A stretch of 64,000 nt of DNA. Source: an uncultured Acidobacteriota bacterium (GTDB lineage: Bacteria > Acidobacteriota > UBA6911). The translations under genes were made by a program, and so were the position numbers. The stretch's first letter is position 1, and each line of letters opens with the position of its first letter. The stretch is taken from positions 96,001-160,000 of the forward strand of contig CAWJKZ010000026.1 in assembly GCA_963843575.1 (NCBI GenBank), in the 5' to 3' direction. The notes under the pieces are model-generated. The model saw only the letters and a list, made by a program, of their open reading frames with translations, was not told the origin of the DNA and made no database searches. This document shows, one piece after another, positions 57,654-64,000 of the stretch.

Positions 57654-58456
57654 TTCAGCCGGATCCTGGACAGGTCAATGGTCGGTTCGGGGAATTTCAT
57701 ATGGAGGTCTTCCAGGGTTTTAACCAGTATCCTGGATATGGCCAGGTTGCGATACCATTTGCGATTGGACGGGATGACGTACCAGGGGGCGTGCTCCGTG
57801 CTGCAGCGTGTCAGGGCTTCCTCATATGCCTTCATATAGTCGTCCCAGTAATCCCGCTCGGCGAAATCCGCTTCCGAGAGCTTCCACTGCCGTGTAGGAT
57901 CTTCGACCCGGGCGCGAAACCGCTCCAGCTGTTCCTCTTTGCTGATGTGCAGAAAGAATTTCATGATGACGACGTTGTTGTCGGCCAGCAGCCTCTCGAA
58001 CGCGTTGATCTGCTCGTAACGCGTCCCCCAGACCGTCTTGGGCACGAGCTTGTGCACCCGTACGATCAGCACGTCCTCGTAATGGGAGCGGTTGAAGATG
58101 CCGAACTCGCCTTTCGGTGGCACCCTCTGGTGAATCCTCCAGAGAAAATCATGGTCGACTTCTTCGGCTGAGGGGACCTTGAACGAGGCCACCTGGCACC
58201 CTTGCGGATTCAACCCCGTCATGACGTGGCGGATGGTGCCGTCTTTTCCACCGGCGTCCATGGCCTGGACGACGATGAGAACCGCGTGCCGGTTCTCGGC
58301 ATAGAGGAGGTACTGCAGTTCGGCCAGGCGCTTTGTCTGCTGGGCGAGCATCGCTTCAGCGCTTCGCTTGTTGAAGCCCGGGGTGGCGTCTGGGTCACGC
58401 CTGGAGATCAGGGCCTTGCTGCCGGGTTTTACGATCAGCCTTCTGCTCAGGTCCAT
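57650..58456 (-). CDS. ppk2: Polyphosphate kinase 2 family protein
   Basis: QAMDAGGKDGTI, FNRSHYEDVL, KFFLHISKEEQ, APWYVIP. Confidence 0.93.
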   Translation of the reverse strand: MDLSRRLIVKPGSKALISRRDPDATPGFNKRSAEAMLAQQTKRLAELQYLLYAENRHAVLIVVQAMDAGGKDGTIRHVMTGLNPQGCQVASFKVPSAEEVDHDFLWRIHQRVPPKGEFGIFNRSHYEDVLIVRVHKLVPKTVWGTRYEQINAFERLLADNNVVIMKFFLHISKEEQLERFRARVEDPTRQWKLSEADFAERDYWDDYMKAYEEALTRCSTEHAPWYVIPSNRKWYRNLAISRILVKTLEDLHMKFPEPTIDLSRIRLK

Positions 58457-58607
58457 ATGTGCTCCGGAAGAGACGTTCAACGGCATGGTGCGACGCTAGT
58501 CGTGCATCATACCCCGGCCGGGTTTGGGGTGCCAGTCACGACTGGCGCCCTGGATCACCCCGGAGTATTCTTTCCCCTGAACCCTCGATATCAAACAGGA
58601 ATGACTT

Positions 58608-59726
58608 ATGCCCAAGTACAGGATCGCCTGGCTTCCGGGTGACGGTATCGGCGTCGAGGTGCTCGAAGCCGCCAGGATCGTGTTGGACCGCCTCGCGTTT
58701 GACGCCGAGTACATTCACGCGGATATCGGGTGGGAGTTCTGGAGAACGGAAGGGGACCCGCTGCCCGAACGCACGGTGGCGTTGTTGGGCGGGGTCGACG
58801 CCGCGCTGTTCGGCGCCGTCACTTCCAAGCCGGCTAAGGCGGCGGAGGCTGAACTCGTGCCTGAATTGAGGGGCACGGGATTGGTTTACCGTTCGCCCAT
58901 CGTCCGCATGCGCCAGCTCTTCGACCTGTACAATTGCTACCGGCCGTGCAGGAGTTATCCCGGCAATCCTCTGAATTTCAAGGAAGGCATCGATCTCGCC
59001 GTCTTCCGGGAAAACACCGAGGACCTATACTCGGGAGTCGAGTTTTCACCGGTGCCAGAGGATTTGGCAGAGGTGCTCGGGCGTCTGTCGAAACCGTTCG
59101 CGGCGTTCCGGCAGATCCCTCGCGACCAGTACGCGGTCTCGTGCAAGATCAACACCCGACGGGGGTCCGAGAGGATCGTGCGCGCCGCCTTCGCATTCGC
59201 ACGCCGGAACGGGCGCCGTCGCGTCACGGTCGTGCACAAGGCAAACGTCGTGCGCGCCAGCGACGGGCTGTTCCTCGAGGCGGCGCGCGCCGTCGCGCGG
59301 GAGTATCCCGAGATCCCGACGGACGAAGCCAACATCGATGCCATGACGATGTGGCTGTTGAAGAACCCGCACAATTACGACGTCCTGGTCGCCCCGAATC
59401 TCTACGGAGACATCATCTCGGACCTGTGCGCCCAAATGGTGGGTGGACTTGGGTTCGGTTGCTCGGCCAATATCGGGGAGAAGCTGGCCGTTTTCGAGCC
59501 GACACATGGGTCCGCGCCGAAATACGCCGGCCTGTACAAGGTCAACCCCATCGCCACCATCCTCGCGGCGCGCATGATGCTGGACTGGCTAGGCGAGGAA
59601 GCCCAGGGGCGGCTGGTCGAGCAGGCCGTCGCGGAGGTGATCCGCGAGGGTAAGGTGCGCACGTACGACATGGGAGGGCACGACTCGACCCTCGACATGG
59701 CCGCCGAGATCGAGCGCAAGCTGTAG
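58608..59726 (+). CDS. Isocitrate/isopropylmalate (beta-decarboxylating) dehydrogenase family protein
   Basis: PGDGIGVEV, RENTEDLY, VHKANV, NLYGDIISD, FEPTHGSAPK. Confidence 0.92.
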   Translation: MPKYRIAWLPGDGIGVEVLEAARIVLDRLAFDAEYIHADIGWEFWRTEGDPLPERTVALLGGVDAALFGAVTSKPAKAAEAELVPELRGTGLVYRSPIVRMRQLFDLYNCYRPCRSYPGNPLNFKEGIDLAVFRENTEDLYSGVEFSPVPEDLAEVLGRLSKPFAAFRQIPRDQYAVSCKINTRRGSERIVRAAFAFARRNGRRRVTVVHKANVVRASDGLFLEAARAVAREYPEIPTDEANIDAMTMWLLKNPHNYDVLVAPNLYGDIISDLCAQMVGGLGFGCSANIGEKLAVFEPTHGSAPKYAGLYKVNPIATILAARMMLDWLGEEAQGRLVEQAVAEVIREGKVRTYDMGGHDSTLDMAAEIERKL

Positions 59727-59800
59727 GCCGTGCCGCGCGCGGGACAGGAGCCGGAAGAGTACAATCTCGCTATTCTGCGATAGACCAAGAGGAGTTTCTC

Positions 59801-60691
59801 ATGAATCAGAGTGCAGCGCTGCGCAAAGCCATCATGGAGCGCCGGGCCGTCGTGGTCCCGGGTTGTCACGACGCCCTCAGCGCCCGGATCATTGAACAGT
59901 GCGGTTTTGAAGCCATCCAGATCTCGGGCTTCGGGGTGGCAGGGTCCCTTCTGGCCAAACCCGATGTCGGGCTCGTGCAGATGAAGGACGTTCTCGACCT
60001 CACTTGGAACATCGTCCAGGCGGTCGGGATACCCGTGATGGCCGACGTCGATACCGGCGGCGGGAATGCGATGAACGCCGCGTGGATCACGGAGCGGCTG
60101 ATCGCGATGGGCGTGGCCGGCATGAACATCGAGGACCAGGTCTTCCCGAAGAGGTGCGGCCATATGGCGGGGAAGGAAGTCATTTCCGCCGACGAGATGG
60201 CCGGCAAGGTGCTCGCCTGCGCCCGGGTGCGCGACCGACTGCACCCCGAGTTCGTCATCAACGCCCGGACCGACGCCTTCGCGGTACACGGCCTCGCGGA
60301 GGCTGTGCGCCGCTGCAACCTGTACCTCGCCGCTGGTGCCGACATGGCCTTCATCGACGGCATCGCGACCCGGCTGGACATCGAGAGCGCGGTCAAAGAC
60401 GTTCGCGGACCCCTGTCGGTTAACCTGATGGACGCCATCACGGGCGTGAAGACCGAGCTGATCCCCGTCCCTGAGCTGGCCCGCCTCGGGGTGGGACGCG
60501 TCTCTATCCCGGTCGCCTCCATCATGGTCGCACACAAGGCGCTGACCCAGTTTTTCACGGCCCTGCGGACTGCGCCGGATGGGATTCTCACCGGACAGAC
60601 TCAGTGGGCGTCTTCGTTCGCCGAGTTTACCGAGTTCGTGGGCCTGCCGCAGCACAGGGAGGCCGAGAGGGCGCTGTCGTCCGGGCGGTGA
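59801..60691 (+). CDS. ICL/PEP mutase family lyase (PrpB/dimethylmalate lyase-like)
   Basis: DVDTGGG, IEDQVFPKRCGH, INARTDA. Confidence 0.9.
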   Translation: MNQSAALRKAIMERRAVVVPGCHDALSARIIEQCGFEAIQISGFGVAGSLLAKPDVGLVQMKDVLDLTWNIVQAVGIPVMADVDTGGGNAMNAAWITERLIAMGVAGMNIEDQVFPKRCGHMAGKEVISADEMAGKVLACARVRDRLHPEFVINARTDAFAVHGLAEAVRRCNLYLAAGADMAFIDGIATRLDIESAVKDVRGPLSVNLMDAITGVKTELIPVPELARLGVGRVSIPVASIMVAHKALTQFFTALRTAPDGILTGQTQWASSFAEFTEFVGLPQHREAERALSSGR

Positions 60692-60723
60692 CGCGCGCGC
60701 ACCCCTTTTGCCGGAGGTGATCC

Positions 60724-62014
60724 ATGGGGATGACGATTGCTGAGAAGATACTGGCCCGGGCCTGCGGCCTGGCTGCCGTGCGGCCCGGCCAGGTGGTCGA
60801 GCCGGCCGTCGACCTCGCGATGTCGCACGAAAATGCGGCGCTCGTGATCAACCAGTTCAACGAGATTTTCCACGGCACCCCGCGGTGCACCCAGGGTTTG
60901 GGATCCCGACCGCATCGCCATTATCTTCGATCACCGGGTCCCCGCCGAAAGCGCCAAGACCGCGACCAACCAGAAGAAGGTGCGGCAGTTCGTGGCGCGC
61001 CAAGGGATTGCGAAATTTCACGACATCCGGGGGGACGAGGGAGGGATCTGCCACCAGGTCCTGCCCGAAAACGGTTATGTCCGGCCGGGTGCGGTCGTGG
61101 TCGGGACCGACAGCCACACCACGACTCACGGAGCACTGGGGGCTTTCGCCTTCGGCATCGGTGCCACCGAGATGGCCAGCGTCTGGACGCTCGGCACCAT
61201 ACTGAACCTCGATGTCCCTTGCACCATCAAGGTGATCGTGCGGGGCCGGTTCGGAAAGTACGTTTCGGCGAAGGACCTTGTGTTGCACCTGATCGGGAAG
61301 CTCTCGGCCCAGGGAGCCAATTTCAAGGTGCTGGAATTCCACGGGGACGCCATCCGGGCCATGTCGACATCGAGCCGGCTCGTGCTCAGCAACATGGCGG
61401 TCGAGGCCGGAGCCACCTCCGGGATCGTCCCTGCCGATGCCGAGACGTTGCGCTACCTCCGTGAGGAAGCCCATGTCGAGGGGGACATCCCGCTGGTCGC
61501 CGCCGATCCGGACGCGGAGTACGACAGCGTGGTGGAGATCGACGCCGCGATGCTCCCGCCGCAGGTCGCGCGCCCGCATACCGTCGACAACGTCGTCCCC
61601 GTACAGGAGGTGCAGGGAACCCCGGTCGACCAGATCGTCATCGGTTCGTGCACGAATGGCCGCCTCGACGACCTCGCCGCCGCCGCCAACCTGCTCCGGG
61701 GCCGGAAGATATCCGCCCGCGTGCGCATGCTCGTGTTCCCGGCATCGTGGAAGGTCTACCGCGAAGCCATGGAACAGGGCCATCTGAAGACGCTCATGGA
61801 GGCGGGGGCGGTGATCATGAACCCCGGCTGCGGTTGTTGTCTCGGCGTGCACCAGGGAGCCCTGGCCGACGGCGACGTGGCCCTGTCGACGACCAATCGC
61901 AATTTCCAGGGCCGCATGGGCAATCCGAAATCCGAGGTCTACCTCTGCTCGCCCGAAGTTGCTGCGGCCAGCGCCATCACCGGCACCATCAGCGATCCGA
62001 GGCACCAGCCATGA
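60724..62014 (+). CDS. Aconitase-family dehydratase large subunit (LeuC/HacA/DmdA-like), one frameshift near 60890
   Basis: TIAEKIL, FDH, GICHQV, GTDSHT, IGSCTNGR, PGCGCCLG, STTNRNF. Confidence 0.9.
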
Positions 62015-62550
62015 CTCAGGCACACGAGAAACCCGACAACGAGAACAAGGCCAGCCTGAATGCCCGCGTGGTGTTCGTGCTTGGGGACGACATCTCCACG
62101 GACGTCATCTACCCCGGACGGTACATGGCTACGGTGCTGCCGTCGGAAACGCCGGCCTTTGCGTTTGCCGACCACCCCGGCTTCAACGAGCGGCTGCTGC
62201 GACGGGAGGTGGCGCCCAATGGCGTCGTTCTGGCAGGCAGGAACTTCGGCTGCGGCTCTTCCCGCGAGCAGGCCGCTTCGGCGCTGCGAGGGCACAGCCT
62301 GATCGTGGTGGCCCAGGGCTTTGCGCGCATCTTCCTGCAGAACGCGGTCAACCTCGGGCTGCGCGCCATCACCTGCCCGGCTATCGAGGCCTCCGAAGGC
62401 GACGAGCTGGAAATCGCTTCCGACAGCGTCTTGAACCGGTCCACCGGCAGACGATACGCCGTAGAGCCCCTCCCGCCCGCGCGTCAGGCCATCATGGACA
62501 CCGGCGGTCTCATAGCCTATACCCGCAGGAGACTCCTCGAACGCGGCTGA
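62011..62550 (+). CDS. Dehydratase small subunit (LeuD/HacB/DmdB-like)
   Basis: GDDISTDVIYPG, GRNFGCGSSREQA, FARIFLQNAVNLG; ATGA overlap with the large subunit. Confidence 0.9.
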   Translation: MTQAHEKPDNENKASLNARVVFVLGDDISTDVIYPGRYMATVLPSETPAFAFADHPGFNERLLRREVAPNGVVLAGRNFGCGSSREQAASALRGHSLIVVAQGFARIFLQNAVNLGLRAITCPAIEASEGDELEIASDSVLNRSTGRRYAVEPLPPARQAIMDTGGLIAYTRRRLLERG

Positions 62551-62632
62551 CGCGACCGGTCTCGATGCCGGGCGCTTGTCGGCGCGCGCAGCTTTATTCG
62601 TTTCCCGGCCGTGCTTCGCATACAATTCACAG

Positions 62633-63595
62633 ATGCGGGTCCTCACGATTGCGGCGGCGACGCTCATCCTTCTGGCGCTGGCGGCTGCGTCCATTTCCGG
62701 CCAGGAGCCGATCCGGGTACGCACCGCGCTCGTCAGCGTCCCGACGATCGTCTCAGACCCGGAGGGACGCCATGTCCCCGGCTTGCAGGCGAGGGATTTC
62801 GCTGTGTACGACGACGGCGTCCTCCGGAAGATCGAGTTCTTCGCGGCCATGGATGAACCGCTCAATGTCGCGCTGCTGATGGACACGAGCAAGAGCACGG
62901 TAGCTGTGCTGAGCCGGATCAGGAAGGCAGGACTGAAGTTCGTGCGGAAGCTCCGCCCCCACGACCGCGCCCTGGTCGCCTCCTTCGACGCTTCCGTCAG
63001 GGTCCTGTGCCCTCTCACCGACGACCGCGGCGATCTCGAGGAGGCGATCCGTGAGGCGAAGCCCGGCGAGTACGTCGGGACGAAGTTGCGCGACGCCGTC
63101 GTTACGATCGCCGGCACCCGGCTCAAGACGATTCTCGGGAGGAAGGCGGTGATACTCCTCACCGACGGCCAGGACTTCGGCAGCGAGTCTTCCCCGGAGC
63201 AGGCGGTGGCGTCAGTCACGGATGCCGGCGTGGTCGTGTACACGGTGCTTTACTCCATCGACCCGCGCGCAACGATGAAGAAGCTGTTCGGAGTTTCCCC
63301 GAGAGTCTCCCCGCGTGGCGCCGGGCCAGGGCGCGACTGGGTGGAGCGCGAACAGAAGGCGGCCGAACTGATGGAAGGGCTGTCGCGCGAGTCCGCGGGG
63401 CGGTTGTACCGAGTCGAGGTGACCGATCTGGACAAGGCGTTTGGGCTGGTGGCGGAAGAACTGCGGCACCAGTACCAGCTGGCATTTTATCCCGACCCCT
63501 CCAGGTTCGACGGCAACCCTCACGAACTCCGCGTCGAGGTGTCACGCCCCGGGGCGCAGGTGCGCAGCCGGTTCAACTATCGCGTGACCTCGTAA
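62633..63595 (+). CDS. VWA domain protein (acidobacterial type)
   Basis: Signal peptide, MIDAS DTSKS, TKLRDA, LTDGQD, ELRHQYQLAFYP. Confidence 0.88.
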   Translation: MRVLTIAAATLILLALAAASISGQEPIRVRTALVSVPTIVSDPEGRHVPGLQARDFAVYDDGVLRKIEFFAAMDEPLNVALLMDTSKSTVAVLSRIRKAGLKFVRKLRPHDRALVASFDASVRVLCPLTDDRGDLEEAIREAKPGEYVGTKLRDAVVTIAGTRLKTILGRKAVILLTDGQDFGSESSPEQAVASVTDAGVVVYTVLYSIDPRATMKKLFGVSPRVSPRGAGPGRDWVEREQKAAELMEGLSRESAGRLYRVEVTDLDKAFGLVAEELRHQYQLAFYPDPSRFDGNPHELRVEVSRPGAQVRSRFNYRVTS

Positions 63596-63634
63596 CCGGG
63601 GAGCCGGATTCCCCCGCGGCGCCCGGTTACGAGG
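63588..63634. terminator. Hairpin after the VWA gene
   Basis: CCTCGTAACCGGG...CCCGGTTACGAGG. Confidence 0.6.
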
Positions 63635-63649
63635 ATGTCGCTCACGCGA

Positions 63650-63889
63650 TCAGAAGAAACACTTCGCGGTAAACATATACCTCCGCCCAAACGCGTCGAC
63701 CTGTCCCGGGTTCATGAACAGGAACAGGTTGGTGTCTGAGGTGACCACGTTTATGGGCGCCGTCATGTCGAGGCTTCGTGCGAGCGGGGTAGCCGGTCTG
63801 GCGGGAGTAGCGACAGCGTAGTAAGATGACATTTCCCCGGAGTTTGCCGGGTCCAGGAGGCGAAGCCGATGGTCCAGGATCTTTTCCAC
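63650..63889 (-). CDS. Possible C-terminus of a gene running off the window edge
   Basis: Open frame ending at the hairpin; an in-frame stop near 63936 upstream makes this uncertain. Confidence 0.3.
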   Translation of the reverse strand: MEKILDHRLRLLDPANSGEMSSYYAVATPARPATPLARSLDMTAPINVVTSDTNLFLFMNPGQVDAFGRRYMFTAKCFF

Positions 63890-64000
63890 GCGCTCAAAGA
63901 CGTTCCCGGCCGGCTCAGGCCGCTCGGCCGGGTACTACTCTCTCCCGGAGCTCGAGCGGCAGGGACTCGGGCCCGTTTCCAGGCTCCCGGTGTGCCTGCG

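Noticed and set aside
58560-58580. GGGGAAAGAATACTCC (minus strand) as another enhancer-motif copy
   Set aside because: Right half deviates from TYCY, and no GG-N10-GC element was found at a suitable distance on either side
1-64000. CRISPR arrays, tRNA/rRNA genes, IS elements
   Set aside because: No regularly spaced direct repeats, cloverleaf/rRNA signatures or transposase ORFs seen by eye; intergenic gaps are short

Overview
GC-rich bacterial chromosomal DNA, most likely Acidobacteriota. This assignment is an inference from the stand-alone VWA proteins, an LPxTAS-tailed secreted protein, a TolB-propeller kinase-type C-terminus and a TamB-Omp85 fusion. Many single-base frameshifts occur in otherwise intact genes, which suggests long-read assembly errors. 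Contents in order: corA; a sugar transporter and ribokinase; glycine cleavage genes (gcvP converging on gcvT-gcvH); an Omp85 paralogue; DUF2911; an ANKH/MOP-like transporter; a heme A biogenesis cluster (cupredoxin-like lipoprotein, ctaA, ctaB, ABC pair, DUF420); a STAND-like ATPase-wHTH-TPR protein; a TonB-domain protein; hemerythrin; a 2259-aa TamB-POTRA-Omp85 fusion; an M20 peptidase; an MtaA/CmuA-type methyltransferase; a four-gene GT-C/YfhO glycosylation block; fhs; a GT2 and a methyltransferase; a general-stress island; SOD; a PQQ-type propeller; Nudix; PPK2; and a dehydrogenase-lyase-LeuCD-like operon. The most notable observation is non-coding. Five stress-type transcription units each carry a sigma54 -24/-12 promoter (TGG-N10-GC with TTGC). 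Each promoter has the same 16-bp pseudo-palindrome (GGGGAA-N4-TYCY) centred about 70-75 or about 105 bp upstream. This is a candidate sigma54/enhancer-binding-protein general stress regulon. No rRNA, tRNA, CRISPR array or intact mobile element was recognised.
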